Both the position numbers and the translations under genes were made by a program. Below the pieces are notes generated by a model. It was not told the DNA's origin and searched no databases. It saw only the letters and a list, made by a program, of their open reading frames with translations. From assembly GCA_013239625.1 (NCBI GenBank), contig MU056905.1:38168783-38232782 (forward strand): a DNA stretch of 64,000 nt, written 5' to 3'. This document shows, piece by piece, positions 40,501 through 54,885 of the stretch. This DNA is from Lama guanicoe (Eukaryota). Position 1 is the stretch's first letter; each line of letters starts with the position of its first letter.

Positions 40501-41439
40501 TGTTGATCTCGGGGGGTCTTTTACGGATACGTGTCTACGTGTTGGATCCTTCATAGAATTTATTCCCTATCCTCACAGGCATGGAATACAGGTTATCATT
40601 ACCTTCATTTCAACAGACAGGTAGATGCTCAGCCCTGTGGAGTCACTTTGTTAAGGTGATGTGGTTATTAGAACCCAGAACATAGCTGGTTAAGCACCAA
40701 AGTCCACGCTCTTTCCTCTGAGTGGTAAAACTTCTGAAATCTTAATTTTCTTTTCATATTGGGTTATTATTCAATAGTATTTAAGACTCAGTAAGATATT
40801 GTTAGCACAAGATGCTGAACTGGGAAAGAAAAAATAAATCACATGGCAGCATTTCCCCAGTGTAAGTGTTCACAGCCAGATTCTTCATCTCTCGTATTAT
40901 ACATCGTCTGTTAAGCAATTGGTAATTGCTTTCATGTCTTCCTGAATGCACAAGAATCAGCAGGCTACAATTCCTGAATGACCGTCTCAAGGTCTTCCAT
41001 GGATCTACAGACTCGGGATGAAAAGGTTTCCTAGGGGAGCAGAAGTGGGTCCAAACATAAGCTCCCTGATTTTTCCTCACGTTCCTGAGGTTGCCTGAGT
41101 TAAGTATATTGACTAAAAGGTGATGTATTACACTACCTTGAGTCGGGAGGGATAATAAAATGTACTGTCCTCTCCTCAAAAGGATTGAGTGAGGTCAAAT
41201 AAGAAAAAAAAAAAAAGGTAGAAGGAAAAGCTCTCTGCAAAAGGGAGGATAAATAAATGTGAGAAAGGGATTATTTTAAAGCAGTGAATTAGAAAAATAT
41301 CAAAGCAAGCCACCTCTGCACACGTGGTAAGTGCGACTGCCTCTGTTCGCAGGTGGCCGGAGGTCAGCGATGTAGTGCAGGGACGGCTGTGGGCTGAAGC
41401 ACCTGTCGGGCTGAAGCAGGAGGTCAGGTAGACCAAGAT

Positions 41440-41640
41440 GGGAAGCCCTGGTCTGCCACTTCGTAGCTAGTGACTTTGGGGAGATGGTTTCATCTCCCCA
41501 AGACTCAGTTTCCTACTGGATAAAATGAGGATAATAATATACTGATCTCAGCTGGTGGTTGTGGGGATCACGTGGGCTGGGACACATCAAGTGCTTAGAA
41601 CAATGCCTGGTACGTGGTAAGTGCGCAATGCACACTAGTC
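41440..41640 (+). mobile_element. MIR
   Basis: tctgccactt..gtgactttggg..ctcagtttcc..taaaatgaggataata..aagtgcttagaacaatgcctgg. Confidence 0.75.
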
Positions 41641-42779
41641 CCTTTATGGACAGAAACGCTACTAAGGATAGTAAATGATTAAGGGTGACTTTTTTTTTCT
41701 TTTGCAAAATAATATTTATGTGTATGCAAAATCCATCTTTGTGTGTATGACACCCTGCTCAGCTGGTGTTAGGGACAGTGCCTGGCCCATCACAGACACT
41801 TATATTTTTGTTGTATTAATTAATGAAGGATGATGTCATGTGAATGTTGATATAGAGTTGTTCCTCTGAGTCAGCCCTCTTATGAGTTTGTTCTTGGACA
41901 CCCAGGAGAGCCCGGGCTGTGGACAGCCAGGTGTGGGGCCCAGTGAGATGTCTACATGGAGATGTGCATCTCACTGCCTTGGGCCCCACCCAGCATCCTC
42001 CTTTGACAGTGAACTCAGGGTCTCCTCACACGGTGGGTCTCTCCGGGTTGAAGTCCTACCGCTAGCTCCTACCCTTGGGTGAAACATGATTTGGATTTTG
42101 TTCCTCACTTCGCCCCTCAGTGGTCCTGAGCTTGGATCAGCTCGGGGACGAGCAGGTGGCAGTTGTGCTTTAGGACACCTGGCTGCGAACTGGGAGGAGG
42201 GGAAACGGAAATCGGGAAGTTGATGAGGAAGCCGGAAAATGTACTCACTTAAACTGCAAGAATGACGGTCATTTTCCTCATGTTCTGTTCTTCAGAACAT
42301 TTTCTCCTTGGGAGATCTTTTTTCTTGAAGAAAGGATATGGCTTTTGGCTTTATTTTTGAGCAATTTAGAAAAATACTGAGTGTTAAGGGGATGATGGAA
42401 TCAGAAAAATTCAGCAGTGCAGTCGGATTGCGGGTCTTGTACTACTGAGAGCATTAAATATGATGTGGAAAGCATTTCCATGAAACAAGTTTGTGGTGAG
42501 GGAACAGGAGGGTGTTAATTCGATCCTAAATGGAAATGAATTCTGTTTTAATCAACATGGCCAAAAGAGAACTTACTGTTTTTCCTTAAAATTAGTGCCT
42601 CTTTCTCTAATTTCATTGATTGCCCTGTTGGCTCAGTTCACCAAGCTAGAGTTGGAATCACTTTCAATGGTTCTCAAGCCCTCACCCTACTATCTAATGG
42701 GAAACAAATTTCTATACATCTATTTCTTTAAGAACTCAAATTTGAACTTTTAAAATCTTCACTGGCACGTGCTTTCGTG

Positions 42780-43290
42780 GTCTCTGCCACATCCTCTTAG
42801 AAGGAGCAAGAGCATCTAATTTATGTTCATACGGCCAAGGGATTCGCTTTCAAACCACAGAGCTGATAGGGCCACTGGCAGCTTTCTTACCCTCCCAGCT
42901 CCCAATTATGAGAATAAAGTGTCAACTCTCACATTCAAGGCCCTCAAGTATTACCCTGATTTATTTTTCTGGCTTAGCCTCTGCCCCCCATCATTCTGCT
43001 CTCACACGGACTAGATCCAACCAGATTTTATCTTTCTCTAAATGTCTCAAATGCTCATTCTGCTTCCCCGGCTTGGACGTCCTTATTCTTGACCTGTTGA
43101 ATTCCTAATCATCCTTTATAACCCCCTTCAAATTCACCTTCTGATCATCCCTTCTGAACTTGCGTCCAGACAGCAGTGTGTCTTCCTTAGCACCTGTGAA
43201 CTCCTTGAGTGGGGAAAAAACCCCACATTTAATGCACCTGTATATCACCGGGGCCCATGATGGGTGGATCTGTTTGCTGCATTGAGGCAT
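42780..43290 (+). mobile_element. L2 fragment
   Basis: gaataaagtgtcaactctcacattcaaggccctc, tgaactccttgag...tatatcacc. Confidence 0.6.
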
Positions 43291-44999
43291 CAGATGGATG
43301 AAGACTCTTCCATCAAGGAGCCATTTCCTTTGCATATGGATTTTCATTTGAGACAGTTAAATGGAGAAGGTACAGAACATAGCTGCTTTTATAGGAGGTG
43401 TTCAGTACATACAGTGGATCGATGGCTGGAAAATGGGGGAGGGATTTTTCCGGTTGGGTCACCTGGAGCACAGGCTCAGACTGCCCTGAGTTACAATACA
43501 GACTCGGTAACTTAACGGTCGTATGACTTTGCGGGGCGGGGGGGGGTCCTCTTCCTTTTCCTTTATAAAATGGGGATAACAGTACTTCCAACACTGTGTA
43601 GGACGGCTATAGATATGAAGCAAAACGTACAGCTTGGAACACAGTGCTCTTAATTTTACCGAAATAAAGGAACTTTCACATACAAGTTTAGAAAATTGGT
43701 GGTGTATCAATAGTACTCCTGAACAGACAAGGAAAAAAAAAAATCTGTGTTAACAGATGCATGAAAGAAATCTAGGGCTTATTGCCACAGGATGTGGCCT
43801 AGGCTGAACTGTCAAGTTTATAGTGACAGAAGGCACACAGCTGCCTTTTAACTATTATATAGTTCCTCTTTAACTATTTCGTTTACACATAAACTATTAA
43901 GTATTACACACAGCTATTATCATGTCGACTTTGATGTGATTCCTGTCTTTGGCTGCCACTAAGGGAAAGCTTCAATTTCATAACTTGATTTCCGGTCGCA
44001 AGCGTTAACCTTTGAGCTCAGACGTAAAAAGACACGATCTTACACCAGCCGCTTTGGTCATCTGATTCCCGAGTCATCTTAAGACACTTTCTTTCTAGGT
44101 TCACCATGGAGGTTTTTGCTGTTCGCAGACAGCATATTCATCTGGGCCATTGGCAGGGGGTGTGTGTGGGAATCTGAAGAAGTCGCTGGAATGAACACAA
44201 CCATTAGGACTTTAAGATGCCACTCGATGGCCATTCATTTAAAGGCTATTACCAATCAGCTGCCTCTTGCAGGCAGAGGGAAAAAAAATAATCTGTGGGT
44301 TGGAGACACTTGAAATCAGAGATGAGCAGGGAGACGCTCTCCCATTTCCAAACAGGGAGCCAGGATGTCAAACATTTTTAGTTTCTCTAAAGACAAAGCT
44401 CTCTCTTTTGGATTTTTTTTTTTTAAAGGGCTGAATGAACTAAACCCTTCCCGCCCCCGTGTTTGCCGTAATAATATTCCGCATGTCATATGCTTTCCAC
44501 TTGCCTCCTTCTTAGCTCTAGCTGGATCCTGTTTTGAAATGTCACTCACATTTGTATGCACGCCAGTGCACAAAACAAAATTAATTTAACTCACAATGGC
44601 ACGTTAATATTATTATTTTTGACACCATGGAAAACTTATTAACTATAGCTTGTCACAGGCCTCTCAGACTGAACAGCCCAACTACAGCTTGGGGAGGAGA
44701 AGTCATACGAGCTAAAGGTCTTCTGGACTGCCAGGCACCGTGAAAAGTCACAGTAGTTGAGTTTTTCCATACTGAAGCTAAAATTAACTGTCGATAAATG
44801 GCAACAAAACCTCTGCCGCGTGTTGTTGGACTACCCTTTCTGAGAACATTGTATGGCATGATTTATGCTTGATGTATTTTTCTTCTCCATCGATAAATAT
44901 GGTCTTGCTATTTTAAAAGAGTAGGGGCAAATTTAAGGAACATTAGTTCTTGTGTGAATTATAAAAGCCCAAGAGTGTAGAAGGAGGAAAAACAGAGAG

Positions 45000-45250
45000 G
45001 CAGCTAATGTTTCTTGCGTGCTTCCTAGTTCTGGGTATTTTCACGTACAGCATCTTATTACATTGGTCTGTGATGATGATTTTGTTGTTGTTGTTGTTAA
45101 GGTGTAATTGACATGATGGTAAGATTGTGTGTTCTCTGTCTTACGCATAAGGGAATTAAAGCACAGAGAGGTTAGCTGACTTCCCCAAGTTTGCACAGCC
45201 ATGAATGGCATCAGCAATGTGAACAGAGGTCTGCCTAAGACCCTTCTTGG
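45000..45250 (-). mobile_element. MIR
   Basis: gcacagagaggttagctgacttccccaagtttgcacagc. Confidence 0.6.
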
Positions 45251-48200
45251 TCCATGGCTTGCTGCAGCTACATAAATAAGTACAAAATGAAGGAAATCAC
45301 AGGCCTTACATGAAATGGACAGCCCTGTCTCTGCTTCCCATGAACTGTAGGTTTCCCCAAAATGATTTTATATATATTTGAATTACACAAAGCTGGCATT
45401 TATAAATAGACTTGATATCGAAAGGGTGATAAACAAGGTCAACAGTTAAATTTTTCTGACATGAAATAAGTGCCTAACAGTATTTATTTCCCTTATTGGG
45501 CACCCAATGCTTTGTTTTTCCACATCTACCATGAATGAGGGCGTATTCTTTTTTTCGTTTTGTTTCTTTTAGGCCATAACTTAAGAGTTAGCAAATATTT
45601 ATTAAACTGTTCATAACTTGAAAGGCAGAACAATGAAACTTTCACAAACAAAAACAGTGTGAGGAATCACTCTTCTGATAAGTCACTCTATGACTACTTA
45701 AATATAATGAATAAAACTCAAGCTAGGTTTCCTGGCAGTTATAGAAGGTACTGCTAGGAATATCCACTTGAAATAATTGTTTTTTTTAAAAGAAGAATAA
45801 ATTTAAAACAAATTAAGGCCATCAAAAGGTGAGAGAAAAACAATCATTTGTAGCTACACAGCTTTTCCCCACCAAAGTGTACTCTGTCAGGTTCTGTCTG
45901 AAGCTGTCATTGAGGAAATGACACAGTAAGTACTGGGAAGTCTTGTTCCCTGAGCTTCTGGGAGGCTAGCCAGGAAGTCAAATCTCCTTAGCTTCACAAG
46001 CAGCCAAAGGACTTGCAGAAATAAATGCCTGGTTCAGCCTCCCCCAGGCCTCACACTCCCCCTGCGAAGCTCCTCACTTATGTGGGATTCAGATATCAGA
46101 GCAGAATATACAAGGGTTCCTAGGTTTTACTGCAGCGGAGCAAACCTGCCAAACACCAGTTTCCGGAGGTGTCCAGGGGATGGAAACAAAAGATTTGATG
46201 GCGGCTTACACTGGAACTCAGCTGGCATGAAAAATGCAGCTGGTTTACAGTCCATGCTGCAAGGAAGCATTCTGGATCAATACGATTGTGTGATAGTATC
46301 TCAAAGGTGTTGAAAGCTTTTCAACAATATTTTCTGCTGCCTTAACCCAAGGTCTAAGTCTTGATCTTCTCATTTTGCCCCATTCCTTTGTAAGGCATGG
46401 AAACATTCACCACAAAAACTTCCCTTTGCCAGTCAAGACTGTATTTCAGCCTGTTGTACCCCCTTCCAGATTTCTCACTTTGCCGGTGATGTCAAGACGT
46501 GTGTGCTCCCACACATCCCAGATGCCACAGAAGTGCGGCAGGCATGCTCTTAGTTATTTTTAAATGTTAATCTGTTTGGACCTTCCTGTATTCTAATTAC
46601 TCTGGGGCAGATACTCAACACTTTTCCGGAATAATCTAGGGGAAAATTTCTGGGGCAAACTAATTTGGAGAAAGGGAAAGAGAAATGCATCAGCTGAATG
46701 TTAAGTTCACATGGAAACTCATCCACTATGTGTGCATTACAGCTGCCGAGGGTCTTGAGAACGGGAAGGGGAATGAAAGAGGGATCACGTGGGTTTACCT
46801 TCATTTTCTTAGAACTCAAGGTAAAAAGCACTGAAAAACCCTGCGCTGAAGCCAGAATATACTAGACTGAATTATGAAGGAGTTGTCACTTTTTATATCA
46901 AACGTACATGTGTGTGCATTTATATTTGTACAAGTAAGTTAAAAATGGGACCACAATATCATCTTAGCATCCTGAGACAATATTCTCTTGTTCTTAGGTC
47001 CCCAGGTTACCTTCAGCCATATGCAGATTTTCGAAAAGCCTACAACACAAGCATCTATATGTATATTTAAAATTTTATATTCTGCCTTTTCTGCTTAATG
47101 TACTAAAGCATTTTCCTGTGTTGTCATGTCTAATGGCTGTCTCCCATTCCAGTAAATGGTGGTGGAAGTAATCATTTTCTGGGTGTTGTACACTGAGCCT
47201 ACTTCAGTGTGTGAAATGGTAAGTTAGAGTAAGTTGGCTTCCATGTATTTGAATTTCTGTGGTGTTGAGATAGGATGGCCAGAGGCTTAGCTTGTTACTG
47301 CTTCTGTTTGTAAGAACCCTTTACAATGTGGAATTTCCCATCTCTGGACAGACTATTTCGCTGTAAGTAACCTTCATTAAAAATACATTTTTTTCAACCT
47401 GGTACTTTTTTTTTTCTTTTAAATACACGCTCCCTGGTAGAAAAGTCAGCACGCTATGAGTTTCATTTTTATTGCGTTGGTCTAACTCTCTGCTGAGATT
47501 TTGCTGCCTGTGGGCACTTGCCCAAGAAAGTTAGCCAGAGGCTGATATATGGAAATCCACTCTGCTTAATCAACTCCCCCAAATCTATCACTGTAGTCCA
47601 GAGCTCCAGGAATCCATTTCTGCCATTTTTCACTGTCAGAAATGGATTACTTTGAAAGAGACTAAAACCCTAGGTCCTCCTGTCACTGTTTGTCAGAGTA
47701 ATTGGAGAGGGCGTGTCCCACTGTGATAGGTCCTATGAAAATGCAAGGAGAGATTAGAAGTTAAAAAGCAAAGAGGAAGTACCTGTAAGCCTTGATGTAG
47801 ATTGATGCTACAGCTCTTTTGCTTTCATGGCTTTGCTTTTTAAGCATCTCTTTGATGAATCACAGGACTAGATCCCATGAGAGATCACCTTGTCTATTCC
47901 CTTACCTTGAAGCAGGGCTACAAATCTATGTCCCAGTTCTTATTTTTAAAAACCCTCCAGGGAGGTCGGCTCTTTTGAGAGAGCTGTTGCAACATTTAAT
48001 GCTGCCAGGGCGGTCTTTTGGGGTTCCATGCCACATTGGAAGGGCTTTATTTTTATTTGGACTTCAGGGACTTCAAAAGGTCATTCTAAGCTGCCTCAAA
48101 TAGATATTTTGCCCCCAATTAATGGACCTTCACGACTCCATTCTCTCCTTCAGAGAAAGAGATTGTGGTTTATGAGATCCCAAATCAGGTTGCCAACTAC

Positions 48201-50999
48201 CACAGACGCCACAGCTCTATGATTTGAGAGCATTTGGTTTGGAAGCACAGGGTTGGTTCCCAGTGGCCTCTGAAGCATGTGAAAGTGTCACCTAAATGTG
48301 GAGCAGCAGTAATAATATTTACTGTTAAACTCACAAGAACAGAGATCATGTACCTCTTAAACTTACCACTTTTTAAATGATCTGCATTTTGGGGGGACAA
48401 ATAGGAATGAATACAGGTTGATGAACCATAAAAGATACTCCAAACAGATGCAGCCTTTTAAAAGTAAGGAAATACGTCATCTCAGAGGCTTTTCATAGAA
48501 AGGAGAAGGCACAGAGGATGATGTCAGTGAGCAGTTTGCATGTGGGGGGAGAGGAGTCCTTAGTTGTCGCCATCTCAGGATATGTGGGAAGGATTTCCGC
48601 CTGAAACTCCTGGAGAGATTTGAGCTTCCCACGGACCAGTCTCCGTTTAGGTGGACAGAACCCGCACTGAGGAAAGGACCATTCGCATTCTCAGTCCTGA
48701 GGCCAAGCGCGAATGGTTTTACGTGGAGAGGAGGAGCCCTGAAGCGTTTCCTTCAAGAACACTGGCAGGCGGGGATGCCGAGAGGGCAGGGGCCGCGGGC
48801 CCTGGCCAGTCGTCATGCCCGGGGCCGGGCAGGAACCATCCACTGCGCTCCCCGTGTCATGCTCCTGCCTCTGCTTCCTGCCCTTGCCCCAAGCGCTCTG
48901 ACTGACGGCTGGGCAAGCGGCTTCCTGCTGCACTTAGAGGAGATCACACGATGTCTCCAGCATTACCTTCCTGCAGGAATGACACATGATGAGCTGGGTT
49001 TTGCTCCGAGTTACTTAAGTGCTAGCCCTGGGCACTGAATTCATTACGAGGATCTGAAAGGAGGTTGGAGCCTTGTGTTCATGTACTGGGTTTCTCCCTG
49101 AAATCATCCCCCGGTGACTTAGACAGGACATCCTGGCTTATCTCGGAATCCAACTGAAGGTAGCAAACAGCCTCAATCAGCCTTGTTGACATAAAACTGC
49201 ATCTCATTCTTTTGCTAACATCAGGCTCAGCACCATGGGTGATGGAGTAACAGTTCCTGGGATACACAGCTTCCTTTCCTCTCACCGCATCAAAAAAGGA
49301 AGGCAGAAAAAGAATCCAAACTGCACGCTTGCTGTTTAAAATAGGCACCCTTCTGACCCTGATGAATTCTTCAGGAAAAACCCCTCTTCATTTGTTAAAG
49401 GTCATCACAGACACACGCTGTGTTCTTTCTGAAAGTGAATTACCAGAGTCTTTTATACATGGCTGGGACAATTTCTGACTCCAATCCTAGGAATTGGCAT
49501 GTAGCCCCTGCTTCACATCAGAATTTAAAAATAAGTAGTAACTGACATGGACTTTAGACTAAGGCAAAGCATTGATTTAAATGTCGGTTCGTTATGTCCC
49601 TTAAGTGATTTCAGGTAGTTTCTTAGCCTCCGTCAGGCTGTTTTCTCACCCACAAATTTGGCTTAATAATAACTATAACACAAGTTTGCAACATGAAATT
49701 GACCTATTGTATTTCATTATTTCAGATTTAAATTAAATTTGTGATTTGTTTTCCCTCCCAAGGGAGCTGATCAGCAATTAATATGACAAAATTTGGAAAT
49801 TTCTGAAAAGCAACCATAAACCAGTAGGTGGAGGTGGCTGGGTTTGTGGGGGTGGTGGTGAGACTTTGCAGAAACGATCTAAGAGAGACGGTACCGATGG
49901 AGGAAACAGGGTCTAGTACCAACAAGGTTTTGAAAGTCACGATGGACAGTGACAACAGGCACTGCTCACTTCTCACTTCATAAAGGTTCATTATCCCACT
50001 AAATTGAGACCTAACATAAAAAGTGTTTAAACATTTGACTAAGGTATATGTGACACTGATTGAGAGAATTCATATAAAGATGACATGAAAATCTCCAGGC
50101 AGGGATGATATAAGGTTATTCTTCAAAATAGTAAACATTTGGATTTGAAGAATGGATACACTGGAGACGCAGTGCCGGCCATGTAGTAATCCTCTGGTTT
50201 TGTATGATGTAGCTCATGCGTTTGTCTCTCCCTCTTTCTCTCATGAGAGGTAGAATACTGAAATGTAAATCTAGGAGGTTGGTCAGTGCTGTATTTCAGA
50301 TTGTAGTGCTTCATAAAGCAGTCATCTCTTTTTGTCAGATTCACTGCTCTTGAGACATTACTCTGGTAGAGACAAAAGTGGGGAGATTCTGCAGAGCTCC
50401 ATGTCAGATCTTCTGCAGAGGGGCTAATAAGGAGCTTCTCCCATTGCTTTATGATATGCAGGGGCTTAGGAAGCTCTAAGCAGAAAAAGATGCTTTGTTT
50501 TACAGAGAATTTTCTCTTATATCTAAGTACACCTAATGAAACACTGTCTGGAGAACATGACAATGTTTCACTGGTCTTTGGTATTGTAGGAATCAGTACA
50601 AGGTGAGGGATCTGACTCCGTGATCATCATGAGATCCGGTATAAGGAAAGGGGATGAGAGAGATGGAAGCAATTTCTTCCTCCTGCCAGGAATGGGCACT
50701 ATAACAGGGTGGAGTAAATCAGAAGATGGGGACTAGAGAGACTTGGGAACACAAACTAGCGAATGCGATGTGGGAATCTTTCACAGGTGGATCTATGGGC
50801 CACAAAGACTGAGCTGGAAAGCGTGGGGGGCAGCTAAGAGGGTTGAGAATAGGGAAAGGCAATGAATGGAGGTAGGCTGCTGCAGCCCTCCCTCGGCACC
50901 GTGTGGTGGTGGCGTTGGAGCTGAGAGAACAGAAATACGGGAAAAAACAAAGTACAGAAGGCGTGCAGTGTGGGCGTGTGTTCGCAGACTAGAACATCA

Positions 51000-51260
51000 C
51001 CCCTAGTGTGGGCCCGATAGCCTCTTTTGCTATTACGGGTGATCCCTTATGATGGATGATGACTCTCTGGAGTCCAACCCACTCTGAAGTTCAGCCCTCC
51101 CATGGGCTGGGCAGCCTTGTGCTACTCGGGTTTCTCTTCTGCGTCTGTTACTTGGGGAAACTCCTGGCACCTACCCCAGAGTGTCACTGTGGGGAATAAA
51201 CGAGCTGGCGCACTTAGCACAGGGTCCGGCTCACGGAAAAACTCACGTGATGTGAGTTTC
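51000..51260 (+). mobile_element. MIR (GC-shifted)
   Basis: actcgggtttctcttctg..cacctaccccagagt..gtggggaataaacgag..gcacttagcacagggtccggctcacggaaaactca. Confidence 0.55.
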
Positions 51261-52464
51261 AACAAAGTTACAGGCAACTTTGTGCTCTCTCTGATTTTTT
51301 CAGCTCACAGGGCTTTGAAAATACTGACCACCAAAAAGAAAAAGATAACATTCTCTCCCCTCCACCTCTAAAATTAGGCAATCCTGCTGTGACAGTCAGG
51401 TCCATAGCCTTTCTGTCCTCGTCAAATGTGGCCTCAGTATAAACAAAGCATCAGTATGAGAGTGCTTGGAAGACCAGTGACCTCGAAGAGAAACATCTGT
51501 CTCTCCGCATATTCGAAGTTAAACACTGATGTTGATTTTTTTGTTTTTCAACCAGGCAAGCATTTCGAAGGCTACTATCCTCAATCCCTCTTCATGATTG
51601 AGGCTGTCCAAAAATATGTTCAAAAATCAACAGCTAAAACTCCAGACTCTTTACCTATTTTAATATTCTAATCTCACTCGATTTTCACCTGTTGACACTG
51701 AGATACAATTAAGAACAGACAACTCCTGACCTGATGCTAATTCCTAAAAGACGTCCCCCACCCTCCTCCACCTCGCTGTCTGTAAACACTAGCAGAAAGA
51801 GAAAAATTCAGGGAAGCGCCTTGTCAGAATATTGATTTATACATGTAGAGGTAACGTCTTAAAATGAAAAGGGGTTGGTTCACTTTGGGTAAACCACCTC
51901 TCACTGCATTCCAAAAGGTCTGCAGCTTTGAGGATGAGAAGAATTGACTAGAAGTGTTTTCTAAACAAACAAGATTTTTCCCTTCTTAGAGGATTGTCTG
52001 TGGGACCTTTTGCTTCCCTCACAACTTCTCACCTCTACCATCTCGTGTTCTCTGAAGTCCAGAATACTGTTCTTGTGTACAATTACATTCCACATAGAAA
52101 AGTGCTGACTGAGAAGGAACTTTGAAGAAGGATGCTGAAAGGAGGGGCTGACTCTAGGAGGGAAGTCATTACCTCACAGCACACTGGCCTCTAAGCAGTT
52201 GGAAGGGACAGGATAGGTAGGTGGTTTGTCTTCAGCTGGGTCTACTGTGCTCTGGGTTCTTCTACTGCCCGATGCTCTCATGTGTTTTCCAAGCCTGGAA
52301 GTTTCTGTATCATCAAAATTGTATGGCCGTGTCTTCTGAACCCTTAGGCTGTCTCAATCTGATCACTAAAGGATCTAAGTCTAGTGGTCATAACAATGCT
52401 TTTGTACCTGGCAAGGAAATAAGAGTTCTGATAAGTGCTGGTCATTAAAAAAAAAAAAAAGACC

Positions 52465-52660
52465 TAATATTTATTGAGAATTCATTAGGTGCTAAGTATC
52501 GTTCTCAATGCTTTCAATGAATTATCTCCTTTAGAGCGTATCCCCCCACCTCCTTTAGAGGTGGGGGATGTTAGCCCCGTTTTACAGAGGGGTTAAGTAA
52601 CAAGCCGAAGGGCACGAGGCTGAGTCCAGGGCCAGAGCTTTTATCGACTTGCAGTTCTTC
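52465..52660 (-). mobile_element. MIR
   Basis: ctaatatttattgag..ccccgttttacagag..ggttaagtaac..ccgaagggcac. Confidence 0.65.
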
Positions 52661-54429
52661 CCACCATTAAATTATAGTCGACTAAGCTTAATGGGTCTGT
52701 CTATCTTCACCACTTTTTCTCTAGAAACTAGTATGGTTCCTGGCTCAGAAAAGAGGCTTAATAATATATCCTGACTAAATGGAAGAAGGAAGGGACACAA
52801 TCCATTTGCAGTATCTAAGGCCTCCTGTTCATAGTTGGAAAGCACTGTAGCCATGTGTAAAGCAAGCAGGTTTGCGTGTGTGTCTGTGTGCTTCCTCTTT
52901 CATCCTTTAATTACTTAAGTTCTTGCTTATCAGCAAGTCCGCCTTCTTCTCCCTTACTCTGTAGTACAAACAGTACAGCTCAGCTGCTGACATTTCATCT
53001 TCTTGCCGAGTAACAGAATGTAATGGATTAAAGATATCCCAACGCAAACATTTGGCCGCTCAAAGCGAGGTAGGAGTAAAACAGAAGGTGAAAACATTTA
53101 ATTGGAAGAAGTCACAAACAAGATTAAAAAAAAAAATTGTTCTGAAGCAGACAATGACCTCACCAGAAAAACATGACATTGCAAAAGATCCAATGGGTGG
53201 GATTGGAGGACAGGACCGCACGAGACATCCTCCTGCCTTGATGACACTGCTTCCCAGCCAAAGCCCTCCTCGCTGTCCCAGCGATGAGGACCAGGTGTAG
53301 GCAAGATAATCTTCTCTGTACCATCTTTCTTCTGCTCTCTTGGTTTTCTGTCTGTTCCTATTTCAACTGCCACTCCTCACTTTCTGCTCCTCTGATCTGT
53401 ATTCATGAAATCCATGCTTCCAAATCACTTCGCTCTGCTTGACTGAAAATTCAACTGAAGACTCTAACTCTTTATTCTTTGAATAAAAAGAAAAACTAAC
53501 ACCTACACTAGTTTCTATTAAAACAGGTTTCCTTGGCACTATATGTATCAGAAATTAGATCTGCCGATGATTTTTCCCATGGTGGCCCATTTGAGAGATG
53601 GTGTAATGATGTTAATGCTCAAAACATTTTGGTCAGAGTCAGAATATAAGTCTGACAAGAATATCCACCTCGTTACTTCACCACGGCAACTAAAGCTATT
53701 GTACTCAAGTTGATCATCCCTGCATGGTCCGTTCTGGGAAACAGCTTCTGGCCATTTCAATAAAGCTTACATTTTAAAGACAAAGACAAACCATTATTGA
53801 GGACAGAGAGAAGAATGGATTGTATATTCAGGAAGACTACGGGAGAGAAGGGCTGGAATTCACAATATTTGGGGGGACCCCAGAGGCACTACAGATGGAG
53901 TAATTCGGGATCCTTCAAAGATGACTTCTTTGAGGGCGGTATGACTCATGACGCATGTTTGTTAAAGAAAACTTTTATGTGATTTTACTTTGTCCAACCA
54001 GTTCACTTGAAAATATTTATTTAAGCACAATGGGTGTTCCAGGCACTGGGGATAAGAAGATAAACAAGATAGGCAACCTCCTTGCGTTAACTGAGCGTCA
54101 GTCAACTAAGTAACAGTACGGCGGAGTAAAGAGAGAACTCCTTCGGGAATCAGACTTGCTCTGAATTTTCATTCTGGTGCTTATTTTCTGGGTGGCACTA
54201 GGCCAATTCCATTTTCTAACACATGAGATAGGAATACAGAGAGTTACCCCACAGGACTGCTCCAAGGATTACCTGAGACGGTGGGAGAAAAGCCCCAAGG
54301 AATAGAGTGCCTGGCGTGCAGGTGGGCCTGGCTTTCAGACTCCAGCTCTTGTCCTTGGGAAGAACCAGTTTCACAAGCTTTATTTAGTGTCCCGAGACTA
54401 GGTTCATCAGTCTGACATGGTAAGGGACA

Positions 54430-54885
54430 AACTGTCACTGAGCGACTTCGCTCAATCTTATTTCTCAGGATATCTGTTCAGACTTTGACTGCGCTCTTCC
54501 CTGGGCCTGTCATGGGCAGTCTTAGTCCTGTCAATTGGCTGTTGTCCATCTCTTGGCTTTTACCGTCTGGAAGGCATCCTCAGCTTTTTCCTGCCTATTC
54601 AAATTCTACTCAGGTTTAAAGACTAGCTCACTTTTTTCAACTCTCCCATAGATACCCCTCCCAACCCTGCCGTCCATGCCTCTTCTTTTTGCTTAAAACA
54701 TACGGTGCATTTTAATTGAGATTCTTACTTGGCTCTTTATGAAGCTGCTTTTGTTATTTTGCATCATGAGGTTTTGCTCCTATTATTGACCATTTCCCAT
54801 ATGTGAATCTTAATCTTCCATTTTACGCATTTTTCAGTGGTAATTTCACAGATACTCAATACGTTTTGAGTAAATGAATGAGAAT
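54430..54885 (+). mobile_element. L2 3' fragment
   Basis: ctggaaggcatcctc..aaattctactca..ttaaagactagctca; ends cagatactcaatacgttttgagtaaatgaatga. Confidence 0.6.

Noticed and set aside
49225-49245. REST/NRSE-like TCAGCACCATGG
   Set aside because: Only the left half matches; the GACAG right half is absent.
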